DNA of 60,482 nucleotides from an uncultured Candidatus Peribacteria bacterium (lineage in GTDB: Bacteria; Patescibacteriota; Gracilibacteria; Peribacterales; Peribacteraceae). The stretch spans positions 1-60,482 of the forward strand of contig CAYUWH010000003.1 in NCBI GenBank assembly GCA_964448615.1, in the 5' to 3' direction. The position numbers were made by a program, and so were the translations under genes. How positions within the stretch are numbered: position 1 is the first letter of the stretch; each line of letters begins with the position of its first letter. Positions 29,826-40,430 of this stretch are shown here, piece after piece. The notes under the pieces were generated by a model, which made no database searches, was not told the origin of the DNA, and was given only the letters and a program-made list of their open reading frames with translations.

Positions 29826-30844
29826 AGCTGCTCTTCATTACGCAGAAATTGCATGGGCAGGATGCATTCGGCGCACTCTGGATTCAGGCTCTGCGTGACC
29901 GTGGGTACGATGTGACGGTGATTTGCTTGGAATGGAATGAAGAAGGGATGAAGACGGCGCTCAGCTTCACTCGTGAAGTTTCAAAATTTGAAGTGCATTC
30001 ATTGGGAAAAGAACATGGTCATGGAAAAATCTGGCAGATTCTGAGGTTTTGGTGGCTCATCGCGACACTGAAATATGATCGTGTCTTCATTCATATGACG
30101 CCCGTCTGGGGATTGATCGGTGCATGGAGATGGGTATGGGGCATGCCGGTCTATCTTTGGTACACGCATTACAAAATGCAGCCGGGGCTCTGGATGCTCG
30201 GGTTGTACGCGAAGCGTCTCTTCTGTGCGACGCCACAGAGCCTTCCGCAGTATCAGAAATCTCCGAAAAAGGTGGTGGTCGGGCACGGAATTGATTTAGT
30301 GTATTGGGGTAAATGCGAAAATATTTGCAAGGATCCTAAGCGTTTACTTGCGGTGCATCGTCTGTCTCGTTCGAAGCGCCTGGAGCTCGTTTTGCATGCG
30401 ATGGCGTTGCTTCCGGACTATTCGCTGGATATTTACGGCATTGAAGCGGAGAAAGACTATGCAGAAGAAATGAAGAAGCTAACACAGGAGCTTGGTCTTT
30501 CTGATCGTGTGAGATTCCATGGCTCCATCCTGATGGAAGAGCTTTGTGAGATCTACGCTGCTCATCGTCTGATTCTCAATATGGCCTCCGAAACAATCGA
30601 CAAGACTATGCTCGAAGCGATGACCTGTGGTTGTTATCCCGTCACGACCAAAGCAAATGCGATAGCCATCGGTATTCCCGAAGCGCCACAGGAAGATTCG
30701 CCGGAGGCCATTGCCGCATTCGTGCAGCGTTATGCCAATCATGCACCACTCTCTCCAGATGCGATGTACAACGTCGTGAAAGAGAGACACAGCTTGAGTG
30801 CTCTTGTTGAAAAGATGGATTTCTTCATGCATTCCGGATCATGA
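29822..30844 (+). CDS. GT-B glycosyltransferase (GT1/GT4-like)
   Basis: C-terminal LNMASETIDKTMLEAMTCGCYPVTT and an upstream Rossmann-like half. Weaker match than its neighbours. Confidence 0.6.
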   Translation: MKLLFITQKLHGQDAFGALWIQALRDRGYDVTVICLEWNEEGMKTALSFTREVSKFEVHSLGKEHGHGKIWQILRFWWLIATLKYDRVFIHMTPVWGLIGAWRWVWGMPVYLWYTHYKMQPGLWMLGLYAKRLFCATPQSLPQYQKSPKKVVVGHGIDLVYWGKCENICKDPKRLLAVHRLSRSKRLELVLHAMALLPDYSLDIYGIEAEKDYAEEMKKLTQELGLSDRVRFHGSILMEELCEIYAAHRLILNMASETIDKTMLEAMTCGCYPVTTKANAIAIGIPEAPQEDSPEAIAAFVQRYANHAPLSPDAMYNVVKERHSLSALVEKMDFFMHSGS

Positions 30845-31683
30845 CCAAAACCATTCCCTGCACCGTGCAAATCCTCACGCGCAATAGCGCGAAGAATCTT
30901 GAGCGATGCCTGAAGATGCTTGCGCCATTCGGGGAAGTAATCATCCACGATGGCAATTCCACGGATGGCACGCGGGAGATCGCGAAGACGTTTCCGAACG
31001 TGCGCCTGATGGATCAGAATCCTTCATTGCTGACACCGGAAGGCCGCATCAAAAATTTCTCGGCGATGCGCAACGAGAGCATTTTTGGAGCCAAATATGA
31101 TTGGATCTTCATCATCGATGCCGATGAAGAAATTCCCCAATGCCTGATCGATGAAGTGGGGGAAGTGGTAAACAGAGGCATACCCGAAGTGTACGAAGTC
31201 TTCCGTCGTTTCTACGTGAACGGCGAAGCGATCATGTTTTGTTCCGGGTATCCTGCGCCGCACATCCGCCTGTTTCATCGCTCCTGCACCACGATCGGCT
31301 ATGCGAAAGCCGTGCATGAACGTCTCATGCTTCAGGATGGCGTACAGGTGAAGATGTTAAGGACCGAGCTCCCAGTTCCGTTCCTTCCTGCCAAAGAATT
31401 GAAACCGAAATACGACCGCTACGTGGCGATGGAGGTGAAGCGGGTCGGCGTCATGCCGATGGGGAAGTGGTTCCGCTGGGTGTTTCTTCGTAATATCAAA
31501 ACCTGTATAGGCATTACGGTCCGTGTGTTGCAGCATCGTCTCAGTCTCAAACGCGGCAAACGCATGCCGCTTGTGTACGAATGGCAAGGGATCGAACATT
31601 CATTGCGCACGCTAGTTCGTACTTTTCCTCCGTTGGCGAAGCGGGAACTGGAACGAGACAAGGTTAAGAATGCAGCCGCATGA
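30841..31683 (+). CDS. family 2 glycosyltransferase
   Basis: VQILTRNSAKNLERCL, IIHDGNSTDGTREIA, IIDADEE. Confidence 0.75.
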   Translation: MTKTIPCTVQILTRNSAKNLERCLKMLAPFGEVIIHDGNSTDGTREIAKTFPNVRLMDQNPSLLTPEGRIKNFSAMRNESIFGAKYDWIFIIDADEEIPQCLIDEVGEVVNRGIPEVYEVFRRFYVNGEAIMFCSGYPAPHIRLFHRSCTTIGYAKAVHERLMLQDGVQVKMLRTELPVPFLPAKELKPKYDRYVAMEVKRVGVMPMGKWFRWVFLRNIKTCIGITVRVLQHRLSLKRGKRMPLVYEWQGIEHSLRTLVRTFPPLAKRELERDKVKNAAA

Positions 31684-32293
31684 CATTTGGGAAATCGGCG
31701 ACTGAAGCGATCAAATGATCCGGGGAAAGTTCCTCCAGTAATGCACGTGTCCGGATGCCGCTCAGCACACCGCAGGTGATGAGACCCAATTGCTTTCCTG
31801 CAAGAATATCGGCTTCCGTATCGCCGATGATCCAGTCACCGATTTCAGCATGCGGTTTCATCAATGCTGCTTTTGTTTCCCAGTGAAGGGTATGCGACGG
31901 CGAGGAAAGAACATGTGTGAAGTACGAATCAATCTCTAATGCGCGCAGTTGCTCCGCCAGAACGTCAGGGTGTTTGCGCAGTGTGACGATGATCAGGGGA
32001 TACAACGAGGAGAGTTTTTTGAGCAGATCTTTCACGCCGGGTAGCAGTGTATCGGCTGCGACGAAGTCGGCTTCTTCCAGCGTGGGATGGCGCAGTGTTT
32101 CGTAACGATCGGCGTCGACTGAAGGATAATGGCGTGCGAGGATTTCCTTTTCCGGCGTTTTATTTTGTTTCAATTCCCAATATTCCTCTTTCGTTAAAAT
32201 AGGCTTCACCGATTCCAGGCCGGCGAGATGTGAGCGAAAATATCGTTCACGTACATCGAGAAGGGTGCCGTCTACATCGAAGAAGATGGTCAT
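31664..32293 (-). CDS. HAD-superfamily hydrolase (phosphatase)
   Basis: MTIFFDVDGTLLDV (DxDxT motif I), IVTLRK, GDTEADILAG (motif IV). Start set at the internal Met, with an ATGA overlap onto the upstream gene's stop. Confidence 0.8.
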   Translation of the reverse strand: MTIFFDVDGTLLDVRERYFRSHLAGLESVKPILTKEEYWELKQNKTPEKEILARHYPSVDADRYETLRHPTLEEADFVAADTLLPGVKDLLKKLSSLYPLIIVTLRKHPDVLAEQLRALEIDSYFTHVLSSPSHTLHWETKAALMKPHAEIGDWIIGDTEADILAGKQLGLITCGVLSGIRTRALLEELSPDHLIASVADFPNVMRLHS

Positions 32294-33168
32294 AGGGAAT
32301 CCGTTCGTAGCGAATGATAGGTGATGCGCAGCCCGTCTTCGAGAGAGGTCGTGGGTTCCCAATGCAGGAGTTCGCGCATGCGGGATATGTCGAAGACGAA
32401 GTCGATTTTCGGTTTTGTGCGATCCTTCATAATGATGTCTTGCGTGGATCCAGAGATTTCTCTGAGCAAGGAAAATACCTTTCCGATCAGCACGCTCTTG
32501 CCCGATGCAATATCGATGATGCCCTCGGCTCGTTGTTCCACGGCTTTCACGATCGCTTCGGTCGCATCATCTCTGTACACGTAATCCCGCTTGTCGCTCC
32601 CGTCACCCATCAAGGTCATCGGCCGCTTCGCGAGCAGATCGTGGATCACCATCGGAATGAGTTTGAGGGGAGGATCCCCCGGACCGTAGAGCTGGGTGAA
32701 GCGAAGAATAGACCAGGGGATTCCGTGTGCATCACAGTGGGATTGGACCAATGCCTCTGCTTCCACTTTCGCTTTTGCGTAAGCCGTCAGCGGGCGCAAC
32801 GGGCACGATTCCGTGATCGGGGATTGTTCCGGGATGCCGTATACGTCGAGCGTGCTTGCAAAAAGAACATATCGCGTCACAGGACCGAGACTCTGAAGCA
32901 AGTGTTTGGTTGCATCCACATTCGCGCGTCGCATAGCGTCTTCTGTTTGCGAGGCGGGATCTTTCCCTGGAATGGCGGCGGCAAGATGGATGACTACTTC
33001 TGTCTCTTGGAGTAACGAAGTGAGCTTCGGAATGGAATCTTTCTCGCTTAAATCGATGGCATGTTCGCCATGTCGGGAAATACCGATCACGTCATTGCCC
33101 TGTTCCTTCAAGAGTGGCACGAGCGCTGCGCCGAGGAATCCGGTGCTTCCGGTGACGGCAATCTTCAT
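32290..33168 (-). CDS. NAD-dependent epimerase/dehydratase (extended SDR)
   Basis: MKIAVTGSTGFLGAAL and YAKAKVEAE (YxxxK). Confidence 0.8.
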   Translation of the reverse strand: MKIAVTGSTGFLGAALVPLLKEQGNDVIGISRHGEHAIDLSEKDSIPKLTSLLQETEVVIHLAAAIPGKDPASQTEDAMRRANVDATKHLLQSLGPVTRYVLFASTLDVYGIPEQSPITESCPLRPLTAYAKAKVEAEALVQSHCDAHGIPWSILRFTQLYGPGDPPLKLIPMVIHDLLAKRPMTLMGDGSDKRDYVYRDDATEAIVKAVEQRAEGIIDIASGKSVLIGKVFSLLREISGSTQDIIMKDRTKPKIDFVFDISRMRELLHWEPTTSLEDGLRITYHSLRTDSL

Positions 33169-34244
33169 GAGGTATGCAAAGAGGATCTGCGTTGCTGTAA
33201 TTCCTGTGCCGCAGCTTCCACGGATTGCATCGTTGTCAGTACCGGCTCGCGATCCATGCCGCGGATCCAGGCCAGATCGATCGGGAGCGGATTGATCTTC
33301 TGGGGCAGATCGGGGAGCGGTTCGCCGTACGCAAGCTTCACGAAGATATGTGGCATATTCAGTCCTGCCGCGGAGAAGAAGAGATGCGTCGTGAAGAAGC
33401 GGCCGATGTTGATCTCGGTCGGGTTCGGGGTGCCGCGCACGTCGTAGGTCATATCCACACTGAAGATGCCGTGTGGTTTTTGATCGATGGCGAAGATCGT
33501 CTGCTGCGCCAATTCATCAAGCTCCGGATCTTTGATCGTCACACCGGTGCCGGTGATTCCCGTAATCCCCGAGGGCGCGCGGTTCGCGAATTCCCAGTAC
33601 AAACGCTTGCGTCCTTGTGCCACCACCAGCTCTCCGTTATTCCAGATCGATTGCCAGGTAATCGATTCCGGGCGAAGGCATACCGCCGCCGAGAAGGATC
33701 CCCAGCCTTTTTGGAAATCGAGCCACGCCTTGGCTTGATCGTAATCGTCCGTCGGGAGCGAACCCTTCCCGAAAGCGCCCTTCACCGCGCGGATCCAAAT
33801 CTTCGGGCCGAACTTCTCGAAGGCGGCACGCAGGTCATCCTCCGTACTGATCATCATCGTGTCAGGCACGGTCATGCCTGCTTCTTTCCATTTCTCAAAG
33901 GACAGGAATTTATCCTGACAAATCCGCACGGTTTCCTTCGCAGGCAGGCACACGCGGCAGCCCAGTTCTTCACGGTGCTCGGAGATGTATTCGATCTCGG
34001 CATCAGGCTGGGCGAAGATCAGGCCTACGTCTTTCTCTTTGATGACTTGCTTCAGCAATGGCAAATAGTCTGGGTCGCTGCAATTCGGCAACAACAATTT
34101 TTCATCCGTCTCCGCGCGCTGCAGGTAATATTTATCGGCGTCCGTCCCGATCACGTGGAACTGTTCATCGTTCACCAATCGCAACGATCGGACGAAGTTC
34201 GTGGCCGGGGCGCCGCCCGCTCCTGTGACAAGAATGCGCTTCAT
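33165..34244 (-). CDS. ATP-grasp domain protein
   Basis: 359 aa. MKRILVTGAGGAPATNFVRSL at the N-terminus. Length and overall pattern resemble the carbamoyl-phosphate-synthase-like ATP-grasp enzymes found in sugar-modification clusters. Called by resemblance only. Confidence 0.5.
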   Translation of the reverse strand: MKRILVTGAGGAPATNFVRSLRLVNDEQFHVIGTDADKYYLQRAETDEKLLLPNCSDPDYLPLLKQVIKEKDVGLIFAQPDAEIEYISEHREELGCRVCLPAKETVRICQDKFLSFEKWKEAGMTVPDTMMISTEDDLRAAFEKFGPKIWIRAVKGAFGKGSLPTDDYDQAKAWLDFQKGWGSFSAAVCLRPESITWQSIWNNGELVVAQGRKRLYWEFANRAPSGITGITGTGVTIKDPELDELAQQTIFAIDQKPHGIFSVDMTYDVRGTPNPTEINIGRFFTTHLFFSAAGLNMPHIFVKLAYGEPLPDLPQKINPLPIDLAWIRGMDREPVLTTMQSVEAAAQELQQRRSSLHTS

Positions 34245-34253
34245 ACAGAGAGA

Positions 34254-35351
34254 TTAGGAGAAAAAATTCCGAATGTTTTCGCAGACATAGCGAACCTGTT
34301 CTTCTGTGAGTTCGGCGGACATCGGCAGCGAGAGAATCCGCTTTGCATGTTCTTCCGCAATTGGGAAATCTCCCTGTTTCCATCCGCGATCGGCGTAAGC
34401 GTTTTGCAGATGAATGGGGATCGGATAGTGGATCGCCGTTTGAATGCCCTGCGCCGTGAGATGTTCTTGGAGGGCGTCACGTTCGTGCGTTTTGATGACA
34501 AAGAGGTGATGACAGGACGTGCGGTCCGGACGTTCCGTCATGCACGTCACTTGTTCCGGCAACAGTGAGCGATAGAGTGCCGCGTGCTGCGCGCGCTTTG
34601 CGTTCCAGGTATCGAGATAGTTCAACTTCACGCCGAGGACCGCACCCTGAATGCCATCCATGCGTTCGTTCCATCCCACAAGATCGTGATGGTAGCGCTG
34701 CGGCATTCCATGCTCGCGGAGCATTTTCAACTTCTTCGCGATCTCCGGGTTGTTCAGTGTCACGGCGCCGGCTTCGCCATACGCTCCGAGATTTTTTCCA
34801 GGATAAAAACTGAAGGCCGCACCGTCCGCGAGTGAGCCCGCCTTCCTTCCTTTGTACATCGAACCGTGCGCTTGGCACGCATCCTCAAAAACAAGGAGTC
34901 CGTGCTTTTTGGCGATCGCAACGATTTCATCCATATCCGCGACCTGACCGTAGAGGTGAACGGGGATGATTGCTTTGGTCTTGGAGGTAATCGCTGCTTC
35001 GATCTTCGTGACATCAATCAACGCAGTATCTCGCTCACAATCGACCAACACGGGAATCGCACCCACTTCCGAAATCGCTTCCGCGGAGGCAAAGAAGCTG
35101 CTCGTGACCGTGATCACTTCATCTCCCGGTCCGATGGTATGAGCCTGAAGAAGAAGGGCGATCGCGGCGGTTCCGGAGTTCATCCCGATGCAATAATCCG
35201 TGCCGCAATACGCTGCAAACTCTTTCTCAAATGCTTCCACGCTCGGACCGAGAATATAGGCGGAAGTATCCAGTACTTGTTGCATCGCCAGGTCGATCTC
35301 CGGTCGGAGACTGCGGTACTGCGCCGGCAGATCGAGAAAAGGGACTTTCAT
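34254..35351 (-). CDS. DegT/DnrJ/EryC1/StrS sugar aminotransferase
   Basis: MKVPFLDLPAQYRSLRPEID at the N-terminus. FSFYPGKNLGAYGEAG carries the PLP lysine. Confidence 0.85.
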   Translation of the reverse strand: MKVPFLDLPAQYRSLRPEIDLAMQQVLDTSAYILGPSVEAFEKEFAAYCGTDYCIGMNSGTAAIALLLQAHTIGPGDEVITVTSSFFASAEAISEVGAIPVLVDCERDTALIDVTKIEAAITSKTKAIIPVHLYGQVADMDEIVAIAKKHGLLVFEDACQAHGSMYKGRKAGSLADGAAFSFYPGKNLGAYGEAGAVTLNNPEIAKKLKMLREHGMPQRYHHDLVGWNERMDGIQGAVLGVKLNYLDTWNAKRAQHAALYRSLLPEQVTCMTERPDRTSCHHLFVIKTHERDALQEHLTAQGIQTAIHYPIPIHLQNAYADRGWKQGDFPIAEEHAKRILSLPMSAELTEEQVRYVCENIRNFFS

Positions 35352-35353
35352 GA

Positions 35354-36445
35354 TTATTGTGCGACTGATTGTTCAGCGACACTCACGCGCCGCACGGAAC
35401 GGATATTGCTTCCTTCCGTGAGCGAGAGAATGGTTTTCGAGCGCAAGGCTTCCGTCGCGAGTTGCACGATGGTGAGGATTTTGGTGCCGACTTTCCCGGA
35501 TACGACGGGCTGTTCTTCTCCGCGTACACAGCGCAAAACGTGCCGTGCTTCCAATGAGAGCGGTTCGAGGTTGGGGAGCGAAGGAATGACGATGTCGCCC
35601 GAGCGGTATTTGGGGAAGAACGGGTCGGGCTTCGTATCGTCATGATCCACTCCGCGATCGTAGATGCGGATTTTTTCGCTGGGATGCGTGTCATCGTAGA
35701 GCGCCATCGATTTCGTGCCTGCCAGAATCGTCTGGCGGATCTTCACCGGTGAGAGCCAGCTGACGTGAATGTGCGCCTGGAATCCCGAGGAAAATGTCAG
35801 ATGCAGGTGTGCGTCCTCTTCCTGTGTGCCAAAATGCGCGCCGCCGTATGCCGCGATTTCCGTTACCGTCTCAAGATCAACAATCGTATTGAGAATGCTG
35901 AGATCATGAATGGCGAGATCGAGCAGGACATTCGCATCCTTCTGAATCAGTCCGAGGTTTAAGCGGGACGAATCAAAGTAAAGGAGTTTCCCAAGCGCAT
36001 TACTTTGCGCGAGTTCTGCGAGCTTGGTCACGGCGGGCGCAAAGACGAACGTGTGATCCACAAACAAACAGCGTCCTTTCTGAGTCGCAAGATCGGTGAG
36101 CTCCTGTGCTTCGGTCACGCTCGAGGTAATCGGTTTTTCGATGAACACGTGCTTTCCGGCTTCGAGTGCTGCTTTTGCAAGGGGATAGTGAGAGCTGGTG
36201 GGGGTGGCGATCAGGATTAATTCGACCGATGCATCTTCGAGAAGATCTTCATAACGCTTGGTGCAGGCGATCGTAGGGTATTGCTTGCGGATATTCTGGA
36301 GCTTCGTTTCATCCATATCGCACGCATACGTCATCGCGCAGCCTTCCTGTGCCGCGAAGTTGCGCAGCACATTCGGTCCCCAATACCCAAGGCCGACGAT
36401 GCCAGTTCGGACGGGCAGCATAAATACGAGGCTTACTGTAGCCAT
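35354..36445 (-). CDS. Gfo/Idh/MocA family oxidoreductase
   Basis: VRTGIVGLGYWGPNVLRNF (Rossmann fold) and FIEKPIT. The start could instead be the Met at 36421. Confidence 0.8.
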   Translation of the reverse strand: MATVSLVFMLPVRTGIVGLGYWGPNVLRNFAAQEGCAMTYACDMDETKLQNIRKQYPTIACTKRYEDLLEDASVELILIATPTSSHYPLAKAALEAGKHVFIEKPITSSVTEAQELTDLATQKGRCLFVDHTFVFAPAVTKLAELAQSNALGKLLYFDSSRLNLGLIQKDANVLLDLAIHDLSILNTIVDLETVTEIAAYGGAHFGTQEEDAHLHLTFSSGFQAHIHVSWLSPVKIRQTILAGTKSMALYDDTHPSEKIRIYDRGVDHDDTKPDPFFPKYRSGDIVIPSLPNLEPLSLEARHVLRCVRGEEQPVVSGKVGTKILTIVQLATEALRSKTILSLTEGSNIRSVRRVSVAEQSVAQ

Positions 36446-36506
36446 TCAAAGCCTTTTTGTCATCGGGGAATGGCAATAGGCGCAAGATCCGCTCTGCTAT
36501 ACTTCG

Positions 36507-37670
36507 ATGGTGCGTATTGCCTACGTTACCAACGTCCGTTTGCCCAGCGAACGGGCTCATGGCCATCAAATCGCCCAAGTCTGCGATGCGCTTTCTCGAT
36601 TAGGCCACTCAGTGGAGATTTTCGCGCCATTTCGCAAAAACATCGTCCGGGAGGATTTTTGGACGTATTATGGTGTCAGCAACAAGATAAAAGTTCATCA
36701 TCTGGGTACGTTTGATCCCATCGCTAGCGTTTTACCAGGCGTGACCAAGCTCTGGACGCTCAATACGATGCTGAATCGAAGTCTTAAGCAGGCACTGGCG
36801 GGACAAGCCTTCGATCTGCTTTACACGCGCTCTCCTGCTCTGCTTCGCGTCTTGGTGGAAACGGGAAAGCCCGTTGTCTTGGAGCTGCACCAACTGCCGC
36901 GATTCGGACGCCGTGCGTTCGCGCGAAGATGCAATCGCTGTGCATTGGTGGCCTGCCTCACCTCCGCCATGCGCGATGAATTGAAAACATGGGGAGTGCA
37001 TGCGTCGAAGATGTTGGTCGCCGGGGATGCTGTCGATCTCCGCCGCTTCGCGGATGTTCCTTCCAAAGAGGCGGCAAGAAAAAAGAACAACATCACGACC
37101 AAGCGCCTGGTGGTCGGTTACGTGGGGCGACTGAAGACATTGGGAATGGAAAAAGGCGTTGGCACGTTATTGGAAGCACTCGCCACGCTGAAGTCGGAAA
37201 AGAAGTTTTTCGGGCTCATCGTCGGTGGGCCGGAGGGGGATCGCAAAGAATATGAAGCAAAGGCGATGTCTCTCGGACTCTCCACTGAAGACGTGCGCTT
37301 CACGGGCGAGGTGGATGCCAAACATGTTCCGGAAATGCTCAGCGCGTGCGACATTCTGGCAATGCCGTTTCCCGATCTCCCACATTATCGCAGCAACATG
37401 TCTCCGCTGAAAATGTTCGAGTACATGGCTGCCAACCGGATCATCATCACCTCCGATTTGCCCACGATTCGCGATGTTCTTTCTGAGGAAACTGCCGTGT
37501 TCGTCGCGCCCGGAAATCCGCAGAGCCTGGCCGATAGGCTGCAGTGGATCACGACGCATCCCGAAAAGGCATTGATGCGCACGCAGCAAGCGCATCAGCT
37601 GGTTCAGAGCCATACGTGGGAAGAGAGGATGCGTAACATCCTCAATGCCGCTATGCTCTCGCGCCTATGA
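36507..37670 (+). CDS. family 4 (GT-B) glycosyltransferase
   Basis: MVRIAYVTNVRLPSERAHGHQI at the N-terminus and SPLKMFEYMAANRIIITSDLPTIRDV. Confidence 0.75.
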   Translation: MVRIAYVTNVRLPSERAHGHQIAQVCDALSRLGHSVEIFAPFRKNIVREDFWTYYGVSNKIKVHHLGTFDPIASVLPGVTKLWTLNTMLNRSLKQALAGQAFDLLYTRSPALLRVLVETGKPVVLELHQLPRFGRRAFARRCNRCALVACLTSAMRDELKTWGVHASKMLVAGDAVDLRRFADVPSKEAARKKNNITTKRLVVGYVGRLKTLGMEKGVGTLLEALATLKSEKKFFGLIVGGPEGDRKEYEAKAMSLGLSTEDVRFTGEVDAKHVPEMLSACDILAMPFPDLPHYRSNMSPLKMFEYMAANRIIITSDLPTIRDVLSEETAVFVAPGNPQSLADRLQWITTHPEKALMRTQQAHQLVQSHTWEERMRNILNAAMLSRL

Positions 37671-38746
37671 GAATTGTCAGCGTGTGTTCGGCCAGGCCAA
37701 ACTTCGTGAAACTCGCGGCGGTCCACCATGCCATCGCGGCAGTCGGCGAGGGGGTGGAGCACGTGATCGTCCACACCGGACAGCACTACGATCCGCTGTT
37801 TTCCGATGTCTTCTTCGAGCAACTCCAAATCCCGGCTCCCCAATACAATCTTGGTGTCCACGGCGGCACCCGGGATGAAGTTATTACCAGAACTCAAGAA
37901 GCATTTGCGCAGATTCTGCCTCTCCTCAAGCCCGATGTTGTGCTCGTCTATGGCGATGTGAACGGAGCGGTCGGTGCGGCGCAGGCGGCAAAAGCTGCAG
38001 GAATCAAGATCGCACACGTCGAGGCGGGATTGCGATCGTTCGATCTCTCCATGCCCGAAGAACACAATCGTATTGCCATCGATCAGATCGCGGATTTATT
38101 GCTGTGTTCCGAGCAATCGGGGCTCGATAACTTGCAGCGCGAGGGAGTGGAAGGATTTTTGCATCTCGTCGGCAACACGATGATTGATACGCTCATCCGC
38201 ATGATGCCGTTCATCAAGAGTGAATCTTTGCCCATCGCTCTTGCGGGGCCGTTTGCCGTCGCGACGCTGCATCGCCCGAGCAATGTGGATTCTCCGGAGG
38301 ATCTGAAGCGTAACTTGGAATTCCTCGCCGAGATTTCGGCCCATTGTCCCGTGATACTGCCGGTGCATCACCGCCTGAAGGCGGCGATCGAACAGTTTGA
38401 ACTTCATTCATGTGTGCCATCTGGCGTGCATCTGCTTGAGCCATTGGGCTACATTCCATTCTTGCGACTGGTGCAGGATGCGGCCTTCATCCTTACAGAT
38501 TCCGGCGGTATTCAGGAAGAGGCGACGTTCCTCCGCAAGCGCTGCTTTACGCTGCGTACCAATACCGAGCGGCCGTCGACGATCGAGAGTGGCAGCAACG
38601 TGCTGATTGATGTGAAAGAACCCGAACAACGCGCGCTTGTTCTCAGTTTTGCCCAGCAGCCCACTGCTTCTGAAATCCAGGTTCCGGCATTGTGGGATGG
38701 AGAAGCGGGAAAGAGGATCGTATCGGTGTTGATGTCTGGGGTATAA
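37667..38746 (+). CDS. wecB: UDP-N-acetylglucosamine 2-epimerase (non-hydrolysing)
   Basis: RPNFVKLA, HTGQHYD, HVEAGLRSFDLSMPEEHNR and TDSGGIQEEA are canonical WecB motifs. Confidence 0.9.
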   Translation: MRIVSVCSARPNFVKLAAVHHAIAAVGEGVEHVIVHTGQHYDPLFSDVFFEQLQIPAPQYNLGVHGGTRDEVITRTQEAFAQILPLLKPDVVLVYGDVNGAVGAAQAAKAAGIKIAHVEAGLRSFDLSMPEEHNRIAIDQIADLLLCSEQSGLDNLQREGVEGFLHLVGNTMIDTLIRMMPFIKSESLPIALAGPFAVATLHRPSNVDSPEDLKRNLEFLAEISAHCPVILPVHHRLKAAIEQFELHSCVPSGVHLLEPLGYIPFLRLVQDAAFILTDSGGIQEEATFLRKRCFTLRTNTERPSTIESGSNVLIDVKEPEQRALVLSFAQQPTASEIQVPALWDGEAGKRIVSVLMSGV

Positions 38747-38860
38747 TGGCCAAGGCCTCGCTCTGTGGCCTTCGCTTGGACTCTGGCTATTTGCTCTACT
38801 AATGGTTGGCCTCGCAGAGTCCTGCGCTCAGGCCCCATAGCTCGGCTATTCCGTTCTAGT

Positions 38861-40039
38861 ATGAATATTCTGATGATCACCGACAGCTTCTATCCCGAAG
38901 TAGGCGGAAGCGAGACGGCAATCTGGAAACTCGGCGAGGCGCTCGTCGATATGGGTCATACCGTCGGCGTGGCGGTGATTGCGAAAGCGAATGCGGCGAA
39001 CCCTTCCCAGAAGCTTAAGTTTTGGAACGTCGGATCGAAGATGTGGGGGATGGATCTCAAGTTCATCGGACGCATTCACAATATGCGTTCGGTTATCCGT
39101 GAGTTCAAACCCGATGTGATTAACGTGCACTTCATGCTGGAATCCGGCTACGTAGGCGTAAAAGCCGGACATGCGGAAGGCGTGCCGGTCGTGCTGAGCA
39201 ACCGTGGGAAAGGGTTGTATAACAAAGCGACCAACATGCTGGAGGCGACGATGTATCCGTTCTGGAATCGCGGAGCGTTGAAGGCCGATCGTTTTATCGC
39301 CACGAGTCAGGAGATGGTGGATATTGGGAAGGAGCGCTATGGCATCGAGTCGCTGGCAATCTCGAATGGTGTCGATACCGAAAACTTTCATCCATCCAAA
39401 GATGGCAGTGCGATTCGCAAAGAACATGGCGTGAAGGACGGACAACGCGTCTTGCTCTGCGCTCGCAGGCTCGTCCCTAAAAACGGCATCGAGTACATCG
39501 TCCGCGCGCTGCCGATGATTCGCCAAAAATTCGATGCGGTATTGTGGCTTGCTTCTCCTCTGATCCGTGAATACGAAAAACTGAAGGCGATTGCGGCGGA
39601 ATTGGGGGCTGAACCGTACGTGAAGTTTTTGGGATCCGTCGATCACACGAAGCTGCCATATTATTTCTCCGCGGCAGACGTGGTGGTGCAGCCTTCCATC
39701 GCGGAGGCCAGGAGTCTTGCTTGTCTCGAAGCGATGGCGAGCGGAAGCGCAGTGGTGGCGACCGATACGGGCGGCCTGAAGGAATTGATCACGCACAAAG
39801 AGAACGGTTACCTGATTCCTTCGTTTGAAGAGAGCAGTTATCAGGTGGAAACCATGATCAACGAAGCGGGGGTGCGGCGTTTGGCGGATGCGGTCGTGTC
39901 GGTGTTGGGCGATGATGCGCTGCGCGCGAATCTCAAGAAGAATGCGAGAACATTTGCGGAAACCTGCAGCTGGCCGTCCATTGCGCGGCAAAGTCTCGCC
40001 GTGTATGAAGAAGCCATCAGATCCTATCGCCGCTCATGA
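38861..40039 (+). CDS. family 4 (GT-B) glycosyltransferase
   Basis: [18 protein letters not shown] at the N-terminus. [43 protein letters not shown]. Confidence 0.8.
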   Translation: MNILMITDSFYPEVGGSETAIWKLGEALVDMGHTVGVAVIAKANAANPSQKLKFWNVGSKMWGMDLKFIGRIHNMRSVIREFKPDVINVHFMLESGYVGVKAGHAEGVPVVLSNRGKGLYNKATNMLEATMYPFWNRGALKADRFIATSQEMVDIGKERYGIESLAISNGVDTENFHPSKDGSAIRKEHGVKDGQRVLLCARRLVPKNGIEYIVRALPMIRQKFDAVLWLASPLIREYEKLKAIAAELGAEPYVKFLGSVDHTKLPYYFSAADVVVQPSIAEARSLACLEAMASGSAVVATDTGGLKELITHKENGYLIPSFEESSYQVETMINEAGVRRLADAVVSVLGDDALRANLKKNARTFAETCSWPSIARQSLAVYEEAIRSYRRS

Positions 40040-40392
40040 CCCTCGCTACGCCCGATCACAACAAAGAGATCTACGGAACGTTGCATGATCAAATCATTGT
40101 GAAGCGCTTTATGCGCCTTCTCCTATTCGCCGCGCCGCGCATCATGGATGTGCAGTCGCATCCGGTCGATATGGTGCCGCGCCGCGGTATGCCGGAAGGT
40201 CCGCCCAATCCTGTGGTCATTGAAGATGATGCCTGGCTTGGTGCGGAAGTGTTCGTGATACCCGGTGTCACGATCGGTCGTGGCTCGGTGATTGCCGCGC
40301 GCAGTGTTGTGACATCCGACATCCCGCCGATGGTCTTGGCGGCCGGTGTTCCGGCGAAGGTGGTGAGGGAGTTGCGAGTGGAGAAATCTTGA
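40036..40392 (+). CDS. left-handed beta-helix acetyltransferase, C-terminal half only (possibly truncated or pseudogene)
   Basis: 118 aa. [17 protein letters not shown]...[54 protein letters not shown] aligns to the C-terminal ~100 aa of the 221-aa paralogue at 44187-44852. The N-terminal hexapeptide repeats are missing. Confidence 0.45.
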   Translation: MTLATPDHNKEIYGTLHDQIIVKRFMRLLLFAAPRIMDVQSHPVDMVPRRGMPEGPPNPVVIEDDAWLGAEVFVIPGVTIGRGSVIAARSVVTSDIPPMVLAAGVPAKVVRELRVEKS

Positions 40393-40430
40393 CCCTGCGA
40401 AGCGGAGCCGAGACGCCGTCGTCTCGGTGT

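Noticed and set aside
38747-38860. Repeated GGCCTCGC/GGCCTTCGC words and an 8-bp complement (GGACTCTG/CAGAGTCC) in the wecB-to-GT4 intergenic gap. There is a superficial resemblance to the TTCGCTTCGCT loop motif of the ncRNAs.
   Set aside because: The pairing is short with a 29-nt loop, there is no promoter or terminator signature, and the motif similarity is only 7-8 nt. This is most likely chance low-complexity sequence.
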